Shown in pieces: positions 24,855 to 38,056 of a DNA stretch of 64,000 bases. Positions within the stretch are counted from its first letter, which is position 1, and each line of letters starts with the position of its first letter. The notes beneath the pieces are model-generated. The model ran no database searches, was not told the origin of the DNA, and worked only from the letters and a program-made list of their open reading frames with translations. Origin of the DNA: Octopus bimaculoides (Eukaryota). The position numbers were made by a program, and so were the translations under genes. Location: positions 166,221,382-166,285,381 of the forward strand of contig NC_068982.1 in the NCBI RefSeq assembly GCF_001194135.2. The letters are read 5' to 3'.

Positions 24855-27027
24855 GTGAGTGTTTCTTTTATTCATCTTTTATTGTTTATATTTATGGCTA
24901 CTTTTACGTGTTACTCTACGAATGTTAACGGACCAAAGCCATTTTCCTCCTTCTAGATTGAGGAATATTAGTGAAGTTAATATTCATTCCGAAACGTTGC
25001 GAGTTACTAGTTTGGAGGGAAAATTTTAATGAAAAGGCAGCAGAATGAACTAGTTATTAAGGAGGTTGGAAATTGAAATGCAGTCAGTGTGACTGGATAT
25101 GAGAAATAGGCTCATCCATGGATAATACGAGTTATTACTTCAGATGATAATTGTAACTGACTGAAACCCACCACAGCAAAAGTTACTAAATAAAATCTGA
25201 ACGGGATATTATTTCAAATATCTGTATCTGGACGAGACATACTATGGAGAAAAGTATTGCATCAAATTTGAATTGCAGCACTCTCTTTGTAATAATACGT
25301 AGGGTTTTATTCTTGCCATAAGTAGCAATTCCTGTGATAATGTAATAAATTCGCAGAGAAACGTATTGCTGACCCTTTTTATTCCTAGCATAAATTATTT
25401 TCTATGAATATCTTTCACTTTTGAGAGAAGTGTGACAGTCTACATTCCGTTAAATTCTGAAGCATTGTATCAATGCAAGAAAATGCAATTATCACTAATG
25501 TTTCAATTAGCTAAACTTAACTGTTATGTTTGCACATTTATGTTCCTTGTTGTTGACAGTAAATGTAATTGTTTTGTCAATTAAATTTTTGTATCAAGCT
25601 GTCTCTTTTCTCCCGCATTTAAACTCGAATAGATAAATAACACGGTGGCGTAAATTGTAACCAAAGGGGATTGTTTCCAAAGTTTCCAAGTGTCATCTAC
25701 TCAGAATATATAAAGATAGAATACAAAACAATTAATCAGAAGTTCAAATCATGTTTTGATATGATTATCTCTGATTCGCAGATTTTTTTTTTAAATAAAA
25801 GCTAAGAAAACATCTTTAGGTTGTATTCACATGATCTGTAAATATTTTGTAAATTATCTTGATATTGAAAATTAATTACATGCTTGGGCTCAGAAATTTT
25901 ATAATTTAAATTTGTGAATATTTATTGCCTGGAGCTTCTTGCAACTTTACGAACAAATATTTTATGTAAATGTGATTCAAAACATTTTCCGAATATATGA
26001 ATATATTCTTCTGCATTATGCACCACACCATGCCTATAAAAGAAAAGGTTCTGTTTGACTTGTTTTTGTTTCTTTCTTTTTTTTTCTTCTTGAAATTGTG
26101 TTGTTGGTTTCAACTGTACAACAGTTGTGCTTGATAAAACACCTTCATAAATTTCTAAGTGAAACTGCCTTTAGCTTATCTTTTAACGCAAATTCTGAAG
26201 TCATAAAGGAGAGAGGAATACCAGCATATATGCTCATGTTGTTGTTATTTAATAATTCATATGAACAAATGACAATGGGAATTCAACTATTCGAATACCA
26301 TTTCCTACCATTGAGAAAACACATTTCAATCGTCCAATGAAGTTTGTTCTTTCAATAAATAATTTGAATATCAGTGCTAGAAGAAAAAGATGTGATGATA
26401 TAATGCGTACTCTCAGCTGAAAACTATGATATTGGAGACTTTCCGTTATAAGTGGCTTTCGGCAAAAACAACACTTATTTGTCCAAATGTAAACACAATT
26501 TTACTAGAAAAATATATCAAAACAGAAAAAGTTTAGTTTCAGAGAGAAATATATCCCATGTTAAAATATATATCTGACTGAAGAATGAAAAGAAAATCAA
26601 AACGTGATTCAGACTCGAGAACATCTAGAAAAGTTTGTTGAATGAATTATTATGTTTTGCTTTTGCCTTTAGCTAAGCTCACCTTTATATTTTAATTAAC
26701 GTAACGCTATACAGTATACATGAATCGAAACTAGGTTGACTTCATACTATAGTAATTATCTATGTATGTCTCTTGGGTTGTGCCATTTCCTCTTCATGTT
26801 AAATCTAATAGAATATTTAACTTGCTTCACGAGAACTTATCATCATCATTGCTCTAGCCTAAGTGACCAGATCAGAGTTCTTTCTTTAAGTTTCATATAT
26901 ATAATAAAATGTTATTGTATTTATTGATACGCTAATTCAAAACTAATAAACACCACAACTTTTGCATTTTTACTCCTGTTTGATAAGGGAAACTTATCCC
27001 ACACTTTTCACTTTTTCGTGACCTGTC

Positions 27028-27117
27028 TGCCTTTTCTCGCGCTCTTCGCGAAGAAGTTGCCTTCTCCCGCGCTCTTCGCGAGGAACCTGCCTTTTCCCCG
27101 CGCTCTTTAGAGAAGTG
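27028..27117. repeat. Three 30-bp CpG-rich tandem units
   Basis: tgccttttctcgcgctcttcgcgaagaagt / tgccttctcccgcgctcttcgcgaggaacc / tgccttttccccgcgctctttagagaagtg. Confidence 0.85.
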
Positions 27118-27821
27118 TCCATACTTTCCCCTACGTTACGTCTTTTAAGCGTGCTTTTCTTGAGAGGATGTTATGTACCGGCTTACTTCACACTATACTG
27201 ATTGTAAATATTTTAGCTAATTTAGCGTTGTTGTCAATCACAGTTGTAACCTGCTATGTCGGTAGTTTGTGTAAACGCATGTACGCGTACTGCATGCAAG
27301 AATGTAGATACTTGTTTCTTTGTATGTATGTATGTATGTATGTATGTATGTATGTGTGGGATTGCTGGTAGACAGTAAATCTACTTTACATAATTTAGTT
27401 ATACAGATTAAAGCAATTATAAATACAAAATCATATCGAAAGAAAGTAGTTTCCTAAGCTACAATTTTTGTTCACCACCATCATCATCATCATCATTATT
27501 ATTTTAATTTCCATAGTTTCATTCATTAGTCAATAAATTTACAATTTTTCTTTAACACTTTCAAAATTATTCAATTTTCATATGAAATTGGTGTTCCAAA
27601 ATATCGTTACTTACTTAGTTCCTCCATCTACAACATACATTTTAGACCATCTTTTCTTTCCTTTATTAATTTTTGATTTTTGTTTATCAGAAGAAATTAA
27701 AGTATATACATACTAAAAACAAAAAAAAATTAAATCCTGTTCGCGTTTTTGAAGCAAAGCGAATTACAGAAAGTCTAAATTAAATTTTAACTCACGCATG
27801 CACGCACACACACGTGTGTGC

Positions 27822-27858
<37 letters not shown>

Positions 27859-28322
27859 TTTGTGTGCGAGAGAAACGCTGTTTTTGGTAGTTGTTTCTGT
27901 ATTTTTCTTTCATAACGTTACTACTTATATGAGTTAGTGTGTATTTTACTTCCTTAAGTATATTTATTAGAGCCACGTCGACGGCTTTGTTACTTGTACA
28001 CGACACTTTACTGTACGGAGAGTCTCTATGGCTTTAATTCTGAATTTTGTAGTTCAATGCCCACCTTCGCCGAAGTCGTTCTATAAATACCTCCTCATGA
28101 GATGAAAATATGTATTAGATTATTTTAATCTAACAGAAGTTAATTTTGCACAATAGATCATCAGTATTTTCTTACATCATCCCATTCTTCAGTTTTGGGA
28201 AGTTATTTTTCTATTTGATGGGTCTTTAGTAAGAGGTATTATCAATAACTTATGCATGCCCTCCAAGAGTAGTAAGATTTACACCATTAATGCTTTCCTT
28301 AAACCTTTATCTATCATACCAG

Positions 28323-28435
28323 CTCGAAATATGAGCAGAGAAGGAATTCTAAAGGGCAGACATTCTGGGAAGGAAGGAATAGACATAGGAAACATGGGTA
28401 ATGAAAGAAGGGACAGTCGAGCAAGCCTGGAATAG
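28323..28435 (+). CDS. Candidate terminal coding exon 3
   Basis: Acceptor cctttatctatcatacCAG|. A phase-1 join to donor 24855 gives ...AVT|SRNMSREGILKGRHSGKEGIDIGNMGNERRDSRASLE* (TAG 28433-28435). The stretch is purine-rich, unlike its flanks. No homology check was possible. Confidence 0.45.
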
Positions 28436-30165
28436 AGATAGCAAAAGTCCACACAGACCCGAAGGACAGAGGTCATTATAACAGAGATAGAAAAGATATA
28501 AATGGGGACAGTGAATCTGTGAGTCAGACTCGAATGTCGGAGAGTAACTTTATGCCAGTCAATCAAGTGACTTTTTTCTGGATTCCGTTTCGGATGTTTG
28601 TGTGCAGCAACAGCACCGACCCAGTTGCGAGATCAATACTGCATTGTGGCCTTCTCCTGTTCGTAGCTGGAATATTTTCTGGCTCTAAAAAGAAGGGCCA
28701 TTCCTTGCGTCTAGCTTTCGTCAGATAAGCAATTTTGAGGACTCTGTTCATGTTTAAAAGGGGGAGTGACTTTTTTCTTGCTGTTGAGACAAAATTGTTG
28801 GCGGATGCTTTTCACATCTCTGTTCATAGTGTGTAAGATCTAGGTTGGGTATGCATAATGTATGACCGGGAAATGTAAGTCTCATCTACATAATAGTGGG
28901 TTTTGTCAGATGTTGCATCATATAAGTCATTGATGTATAAAAGGGAGTGGAGGACAACACTGAAGCCTGGGTGGGGGCATACTGGAGTTGATAGAATGAA
29001 GGGCAGAAAAAACTGACAACACATACAAGAGTATTATCTGATAAACTATTGATCCAAGAGGTGAGAGACGGGTTTCATTTTCGGTATTTTCATAAACTAG
29101 TTTCTCTTAATCTAATGTATGGAAACTACTGAAGACGACGAAATGCAAAAACAACTTAAAATAATTAGTGAAAATGTCTAAAATATAAACATTGAACTAG
29201 GTTATGTTTTGTAAAAAAAATTGCAGCCCGTTTTAAACACCAATGTACCCCATAGCGCCCCTTGCAATCCCCTCAACGCTGGCAAGATGACACTTTCTAG
29301 GTTAACCACTGATCTACGTGAAAATTCGCCCTGCTGGAAATAAAAAAACCAAATTCCCTCAAATCATGATTTACTGCCTTTAAACAAGAAATATACATTG
29401 TTTAATGTAGTCCGCGATACTTCCAGAAAGAGAGAATGATCAAAGCTGGAATGCTTTTGATCTTGTTTATTCAATCCTGGCTGACCTGGCAATAAGCAAC
29501 GCTTCTTCACTACTACACTATATTGCATCACACGAAAACACAATATCCTGAGTTAGTGATGCTTCGATATTTTTTTCTCTTCTATAAAATATACAGTACA
29601 TCAGGAATGATCTGACTTTGATTTTACCATTAAAGAAAACCATATATCAAAATTCGACTGCTACAAAAGAGACCAGTTACCAACTCTTGCAGAAATATCG
29701 GAATAAGTTACAGTTTTGTAATAGTGACTAATATCGACTTGAAGTCACATCCATGTGACTACATTACTAAACGACTTTTCACTATTCTGTGTCACACTAT
29801 AACGTGTCGCTGAACTATACAACACTACACGGGACCAGGAACCTCATTCTAATTCGAGCCACATTTTTGTTCGACTAGCTCGAAATACCAGCTAATTCGC
29901 CTTTAAATCATATCAGTACTACTTCGTCTATAAAGTAACTTATTGCAATTTAATATTTCAAATCAAATTCCATGTAACTCTCAGAACTAGGAAATATTGT
30001 GACGTATGTTTTCCTATTTCTACTAGTATGACCGATATCTTCCTGAACTTGCTAGCTATTTTAAAGGGTCATACTCTCCAACTTAAAATATATCATTACG
30101 AATAAAGAATGTAACTTCATTTTTAGCCGTACTAAATACATTGCCCCTGATGTTTCTCTTCTAGA

Positions 30166-30207
<42 letters not shown>

Positions 30208-31419
30208 TGTTTGTGTGTGTGTCTCTCTCTCTCCAAATATAAATGTACAACTATTCATGCTATTTTAGCATCGTTTAGTCATTGCGCCTTCTCGCATCTC
30301 CATTGAAACATTCCCTCTACCCTTATTCATCCACTTAACAAAAAAAAATTACTTCCTATTGCTGCAATAAAAACTGAGTTTGAATGGAATAGCCTTCATT
30401 AAGAAAAATATGAAAGCACATTTGCAAATTATATTAAATTAGGAATTTCACCTAATAATTTACATATTAGATTAAGATTTTGCCAAACGCTTTGGTCGAT
30501 TTTGATCGATGCTGTATTTATTATTAATTCGATTGATAATGGAATATGCATATCATGTGTATTGATGCATTAAGAAAATTATTCTAAATATTCTGATTAT
30601 TATCGTTGTTTCCGATGTAAAAGGAAAAAAATATTGCCCATAGTCCATGGACAGCACTCGTGAATCAAAGGTAGAGAAGAGTGTTTATGAGATTGCAGCG
30701 GTTAATGGGAAGGTTGAGAAATTGAAGGTTAATGTATTGAAAGAATGCGTAGAAGAGAAATATATTCTATGGACTGGCAGCGCTATAAATGAAGGATTGT
30801 GCGTAATTCTTGGTGCTTAGTTTAACAAGAGAGGTGGAGTACGAATTGTAGGAATTAGTAAGGCGAATGCAATGTGGAGTTTAAGGGAAATATTGTTGTT
30901 CAAACGTAATCATCAAATAATGACGTAAATCATCACGTTAGAAACGAATCCCATGACTGATTTAACCATAGGGACACTAATGAATCTTTATCTTCAAAGA
31001 CTTCATATAGAGCAAGTCTTCATCTCCTACCTATACCCACGGATACAAAGATGACATTCGGGGAAACATGTCAAATTAACAGCGCTGTAGCAGTGACTTG
31101 ATTCTGCTTTGCGGTGAATATTCACAACTAGGTGCATTAAGACTAGTGTTTCAAAGAAACATCAAATGAAATGTCAACAGGATTCGAACCGTCAACATTT
31201 CGGTGGGATGAACTGCGAGTACTATAATAGCTCGGCTTGTCGTGCTTTCACAAATATTTTTAACGTTTATATTAAAATGTGGAATAGTTTCTAGTTTTGG
31301 TTTGTCCGAGATCAGCTCTCTTGCAGCAATCCTTTGATCAAAGGTGCTCAAGCCGTGACCATCCCATTTTTCACTCGGATCAGACCCACCCACTCCCTGC
31401 AGACACTAAGCCTATCCAT

Positions 31420-31930
31420 TCCCATCCGACACAAAAACAAGAGGCAAACACATACAAAGACACTCAAAACCCCTCCCCCAAGTCAAAACAGATAAGGAAA
31501 AAGTGTAGGATATATATGTCGCTTAGCGACGAACTGTTAAGGGATACGGCGGAATGCGATATAAAGTGTATTGGAACTGCGGGGGTTGATAACGTGGAGG
31601 AACATCACTTGTGTGTAATACCAGATAAGAAGTAAAAGGAAAAAATGTGGTTGGATTTTGTTTTTGGGAGGTGGACTGCGGCTGGAGCTCATTCCCAGGC
31701 TTTACAACTTACGGTAGGTGCTTGGAGGAATCGGGTATTGATGTGCTGGAAGGTTCAGGATTTAAAAGATAGAAAATGGGGCTACTCGTAAGTTGGGCGA
31801 GTGGTTCCATTTCCATTTTACCATATTCATGTCTTCATACATTCATTTCTATTTTTTATATATGTTTTATGTCCCACATGTTTTGTATTGTCACTTCTAT
31901 GTTAGCCCGCATGGGTAATAAAAAAGACAC
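31420..31930 (+). mobile_element. 3' fragment of an ORF1-like element distantly related to 283-1215
   Basis: ...IPDKK*KEKMWL...NRVLMCWKVQDLKDR parallels ...ITKRIWL...GRVFQLFELQNR. The tail ttagcccgcatgggtAATAAAaaagac parallels atagccctttatggatAATAAAgaaatc. Confidence 0.35.
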
Positions 31931-33004
31931 GAATAAAGAAATAAGAAACTGCACGGGGATTGTTGTATGTGTGCGTGTGTATGAAATTTGTATGTAACGT
32001 GTGTGCGTGAATGTAATATGTGTGCAGCTGACCTCTGAACAATGTGTGATTTTGTCCATAGGACAAAATTAAATCTATTGCGTTTTCACCAAATTGCTGG
32101 GGTTTTTTTTGTTTTCCTTTTTGTTATCGAAATGTTCTAGCCATATTCTTCTGTGTGGATAATGTGTGTACCGATTTGCATCGGCGAAATGCACAACCCT
32201 CGATGAAAAAATATCTATTAAAAAGTCATATTTGTGGTATTCGTTCCGCCTTGGGTTGCATAGCAAATCCCTTGTCAATCTTGCCATCATAAATGCAATG
32301 AACTAGTGATTGACCCATTAGAGTCATTTAACCATCGGCAACATTATTCATCTAATACTATACATAATCTAATAAATCGTGGCTCATGATTTCAAATTTG
32401 CGGCTAGTGTTTTGGTATATTTCTAGACACATAATTTTACATTACTCATGTTCACTTAGTAAAAGTTGTTTAGTCCCAGAGCAGTTATCATATAGCAAGA
32501 TATGAGGGAAAGCATTCGACCCCGTTTTTTTTTGTTTTTTTTTTTCAATGTATTTATGATTACATTATCCAATAGTCACCTTTTTAAACATATTTGTGTA
32601 TTCATAGTGTATTTTTAGTAAATTAGCTTTTCATAGTTCTTACTGTTCATTTCGTTTTATTTATATAGCAAGTGGTTTGGAATTTATGACGTTCAAGCAT
32701 TCGACATAATATCTTGATTTGTGACCAACATCAAATACGATATGAGCAGAAAATGTTCAAATGTATTTTGTCTTTGTAAACTCAAAATGCTGACGAAGAA
32801 TAGTCACAATATATGCAATATGATATTCGCTTCTGTTCGATTAGAAGTTTATAATGTAAAAATGTAACCTGGACAAAAATGTTTTAAACATAGATCTTGA
32901 AGAGAAATGCTTTAGAAGAACTAGTTAACATATGTAACGTGTAATAGATTTCATGTTTGATGAGAACAAATAAATAATGGTGAGACAGAAAAAAAAAAGA
33001 TGAG

Positions 33005-33260
33005 AAACTGACGTGCATTCGTTTGCCTGTCAAGTGAAGTCTGTCCATTGGTGCTAATCACTACTATTTATACCTTTCTACATGCAGGGTCAAAAGCCCC
33101 TAACCTTAGATTTGTTGAAAACCAGTCAACGAAGTGTTAAAAACAAGACCGGTCGATTTTGAACCTAAAGTTTGGGTGGCTTGTGATTGGCCAACATCAG
33201 AGATCCCTATGGTGAACCAGACTTCACAACTAAATGATGACTCAATCCAATGACGTCATC
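33005..33260. promoter_or_regulatory. Candidate enhancer/promoter module (CCAAT, AP-1, CRE)
   Basis: TGATTGGCCAA (33184-33194), TGACTCA (33238-33244), and CCAAT overlapping the palindromic TGACGTCA (33247-33258). A further TGACGT and CCATTGG lie upstream. Confidence 0.35.
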
Positions 33261-33479
33261 ACAATCGAATGTGCAGCAAGTTGCTGCATCGTGGAAGAAA
33301 CAAATTCTAAATATACAGCAGTTTGCTACACATTTATGGTTGCATTATCTATTATTGTTCTCTTGTAGACATAATTATGTAATTGGTGTACACATTCCCT
33401 TAGTAAGCTGTGTTTACTTTGTGTGTATGTTATATGAGCGCATGTGATTGTATCTGCTCATTCCAGAAAAGTGGAGAAG

Positions 33480-34200
33480 CAGTGGAACGTTTTACAAGTC
33501 CTCGCTGTAGCACTAACTGATTGGATATGGAAGATGACCGTCCGGACTCTTTTCGAGCATAATGTTTTTAAGATTGTTATCCAATGGAGTCAGTCCGCTT
33601 TTTAAAACGGTAGACCATGAAGTGATGGGATTTGGAAGCTATTTCTAACTGGATGAATGCCCACATCAATGCTCTGAAAAGTGTTCCACATTATCGTAAA
33701 ATCATCAAAAGAGAGTTCGTTGAAAATTTCAGTGTATTGATTGCCGTAACGAGTGAAATAATCAAACGTTTAAGATATTTGTCCTTCTTCAGAGACAGAA
33801 TGCTAGGAAGTGTGATGTCTGAAAGGCGAAATTGTGAATGAAAGCGAGAATGAGATGGACTTACGTAGAGAGAGTGGGGGCAAAAGCCATTGGCCGATAA
33901 TCTGAGTAATGTGAGAGCTGTGCAACAGAAATGAAAGTGAAGTGTTATGTACCGATAGTCTTATATCCTTTCAGTGTGACAGCAACTCCACAACTTCTCG
34001 TTCTGTGTTAAGCTCTTCATACAGAAACATCCACCATCAGTTGGATATTTTCGACTCCAGGAGCTTCTCACCAACTCTACTGAACCAACCACTTTCTCTT
34101 TATATTAATTTCTCTTAGCTTGACATTAGGAGAAATCTGTCCTTTTTCTAGGGACGCTAATCAAGTAAATGAGGTTGAAATGGTTTCAGTAGTGTATCTA
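33480..34200 (-). mobile_element. Possible decayed 3' end of a CR1/L2-group LINE
   Basis: Minus-strand fragments (CSSHIT, HSVSEEG, WNTF) loosely follow the C-terminal RT-domain pattern of this group. Heavily degraded. Confidence 0.25.
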
Positions 34201-34944
34201 GACCCGGCTGTGGGAGAGGGTGTTGGTTGGCCGTTTACATTATGCAATCAACAGTCAAAAATATATTACCCGTTGTTCTACTTTCGTGTGACAACTTCGT
34301 ATAAATTAATCGATCAATTGCATTCTGTTTTCAGCATGGCGAATAGATTTGAAAGACTGAATATTTGAAGCATTATTATTTCTAAATCTCTCAACGAGAG
34401 TAACAGTACTTATGTTGGCAAATAATCTTTACTGAATATTTGCTTTATTGAAAAGTAGAATGGAACAGATTAAATCATTATTTATATTAAATTATCATAC
34501 AAAAGTGGACTGGTATTATATTGTTAGCTAGTGACCGCATAATGTAAGATGCCAGCAAACATCCTACGTTCAGGTCTGCATTACGGACTAAATTAATTTT
34601 AATTTGACTAGTTTAGCTATCATAAATTGACGTTGCTGCAGCTGCTTACAATTTTGTGGAGCCTACGTACAGCTTGGTGGACCGAGCCACTTATTAATAA
34701 GTGTCTTTGCCATGGGTACATCAGATTTCTGATCACAAAACGAACTGCCAATATCTCAGTTTATAGCCCAACAACATATCGATACACTCATCGACTCTAC
34801 CTCCCACGATTCTCTCTCCCTCTCTCTCTCTCTCTTTTTTTTTTCTCATATTAAATGCATGATTGGAAATACTTTTAACCAAATTCGTATGAAATCATTC
34901 GTGCTTTCTAGCAATTTGTCGGGTCAATAAAGAGAATAGGTATA

Positions 34945-35190
34945 TTAATGTTTCGTCAGATACCTCATCAGAGTGAGAGGATTTGATTGTATTATGGTGG
35001 AATATTATTTACGTTTGAATAATCATTGAGAGAACAGAGTTCACTATTTGAACCCAGTGGTGTTGTCAGCGTGTTGGATGAAAAGGCACTTGAGAGGGGC
35101 ATATCGTGTGTATCATCTCTTTCTTGGTGACTGATGATAATAGTGAGAAATTATAATTGGATATTGGGGTGAGAGCACACAAAGGCCTAT
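34945..35190 (-). mobile_element. 3' remnant of a Penelope-like element with hammerhead-type core
   Basis: Minus strand: FIQHADNTTGFK, which resembles the GIY-YIG C-terminal FIxxLxTxxPxGLN, followed by CTGATGAggtatctgacGAAAC (plus-strand 34950-34971). Confidence 0.45.
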
Positions 35191-38056
35191 GACGTGGTTA
35201 TGTGTATATATCAAAGCAGGTGGTGTGAATTTGGGTATATTGTGTGTGTGTGTGTGTATACATAAATATATACGCTAGAGTGTAATTGAATAATAGATAT
35301 ACACACATCAACATTTATAATTGTACCATACATATATGGTGTGTGTTTGTAAAACCCCAAGTTGATTCTGGTCGAGAAGATCCGTGGTTATTGTTACTTT
35401 CAGCACAAGTTTCGAATTCTCTTAGTTTACTGTACAAGCGAAAGATGGAAGAGGAGGAATCTTTTGACGTTGAATGCCATTTTTTAAAAACTATTGGGTG
35501 GAATGCAGAGATTTGCCTGCAGTTTCTAGTAGGTCAAGCAGTCACAAAGGCTACTCTTGTTGGCTCGCAGAAAATGTATTTTGTTTATTTAGGTTTTATT
35601 GATGTTAATTTGAAAGGTTTTGATAGGCTAGAAGCCTCTTACAAAATTTTCATACAGTCAAATAAGTTTAACTCGGACTAATTAGGAACATTTAGTATAC
35701 TCTATTTATCTTTCTAGCCTGTTTCTTTATCACAAAATATGAACCATTAGTTAAAAGGCTTTCTATCCAATAATGTTTCTTAACCATTTGCCTGTCCTGT
35801 GAATCACATGTGATACATAGGACATATTTTCCTGGCGTCCATGCATCATGTAAGATACACATTCCCAATTTTTTTCCTGAGATTTAGGAAGGTTTTATGT
35901 TACTTTGAACGTATGAAACAAGAGCCAACTAAAAGCTTTTAAAAAATGCATTGACGTTTAGGACAAACTTATGAAAATTGTTTGGATACGCAATGAATCA
36001 ATCAGACATGGCGTAAATGAAGAGGTCTGTCCTAAATAGAACTCTGCATGTGCATAGATTCATGAGAAAAAAAAATAGCGTTTAATGTCTGCTACTGCTC
36101 CTTTTGAATTTAAGAAAATTTTTTAAATATAACGATAGAGGAGTCGTTATTTCCTATGCTGAAGGGTAAAGTTAATTAAATGTCTGTGATAAAGAACAGT
36201 TCTTCTAACGGGTATGTTGTAATTACATTAAGCATGAATCTTTAAAATAACCAAACTGGTAGAGTAGTAGCAGTTCTCTAATTTGAAATGTGTTCAACAT
36301 TTACAAAATTACTACTACCCCTGGTGTGGTTGTTAGTGTTATAAACAGTCTTATGGAAAAGAGATTGATCAATTAGTGAAGCGTGACTGCCTCGAGATAT
36401 TGCAATGTATATATGTGTTTGTATTATGCTGTAGTGTAAATAGGAATGCTGTAGTATAGTTAGTAAACTCCTGACGAAATAAGTTAGCGATTTAAGTTTC
36501 GTTTTTAGTTGTAGTTACTTTATTTCCTTCTGCTTAATATTTTTGGAAAAGACATAAACACGATAAATTCAATTCCTGAATTTCATTTTGTTAATTTACC
36601 CACAAATGTTTACCTCTCACTAAAGGTCAAACTCTTAAGTGCATTTATCCAAAAATAAATATATGTTTTTATACGTCAGTGTTAATAGTAGTATGAACAG
36701 TATAGGCATAATAATGCTGCAGTGTAGTTTAGTATGTTGTAGTGTAGTAATATTACATAATGCAGTGATATATAACATAGCCTCTGGAGTCGTTCCAATC
36801 TCGTCACTCTTTATATCAACCTAAGTTTATAACTCAAAGCCACAACTTTTTCCATCAACATTTCCATATTAACTGCTTAACTTGATCGTTTCGTGGGTTT
36901 TAGAGTTTGTGTAGCACCGCGTGGAGATGAAAACAGCATCAGCACACTGCTACTACTGCAACTCTTCACAGAACATCATTACTTTGTATCGTTTCAGCTA
37001 TTTAATAATATATTTCAGTACAATACATCTTCTAAACAATAACAAAAGGAAGACAAGATATTTAGAAGTTTTCTTTGGCTTGTTGTATATTTGTTTAGTT
37101 TTTCGCTTTTGTTGAGTTTCTGTTTGTCTATTATGCTTTTGTTACTGAAAATTACTTAATTTCCTCATGTTTCACGTTAGTAAGATTGATAACCATTTAA
37201 ACAATTTCTTTGATTAAAAAGAAAAGCCTCAAGTCTTTTTGTAAAGGTGTTTTTTTTTTTTCTCGTTCACTTGTTTTAGTGTTGTTTTCTCGGTGGCCGC
37301 TAACAGCATCGTGATCTTTTAAGTTACAATGTAGACTCAAAAATATCAATTTTAAAAGTATTCCAGAGAACGCATGCAAGAACTTTCACACTATTTCTCT
37401 TTTTTTTTTTTTCCATATACTTTCTTTTCACTTCTGCCCCTCCTCCGACTGAAGCAGAAACGCTCTCTTTTGCCTTTCGAATACAACTTTCTGATTTCTA
37501 AAGAATAGAGACTATTAGATTCTTATTAATTTCCGACTTTACTTTTTTCTATACTCTGTTTTTTCTCCCAATCAAAAATCTTTGTTTTCTACAAAATAAA
37601 TTCAAGAAAAGCGTTTCATCCAGCTCCAAGTAACTCAAATAAAATATAGTTTTGGTGGTAATGTAGTGAAGTGTTTCAAATACGCTTCGTTGAGTATTTG
37701 GACAATTTAGTTAATCCTACTTGCTTCAGTATACTTAGCTATTGAGGACAGATAGCAGATCTGATCATGTGACCCAGAAATATTTACTCAACATAACTAA
37801 ACCAGAATAGTTAAATACTAACTCTAGTTCAAACCCTACCAAAGTCAACTTCCCGTTTCAACCTCCCGGTCTTGATGAAATAAGATACCAGTCAAATACT
37901 TCGCTCAAATTAACTTCCTTTCTACTAAAGGCACAAGGCCTGAAATTTTGGGGATGAGCTAGTCGATTACGTCGACCTCAATATCTAACTGGTACTGATT
38001 TCATCTACTCCGAAAGGATGAAAGTCGACCACGGTAGAATTTGAGGGCTCGATTTA

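Noticed and set aside
28405-28728. Open frame overlapping and following candidate exon 3
   Set aside because: It is preceded by TAA TGA in frame with no suitable acceptor, so it is treated as 3' UTR.
35286-35681. 131-aa ORF
   Set aside because: Starts in a microsatellite-adjacent AT-rich tract, with no recognisable motif or compatible splice sites.
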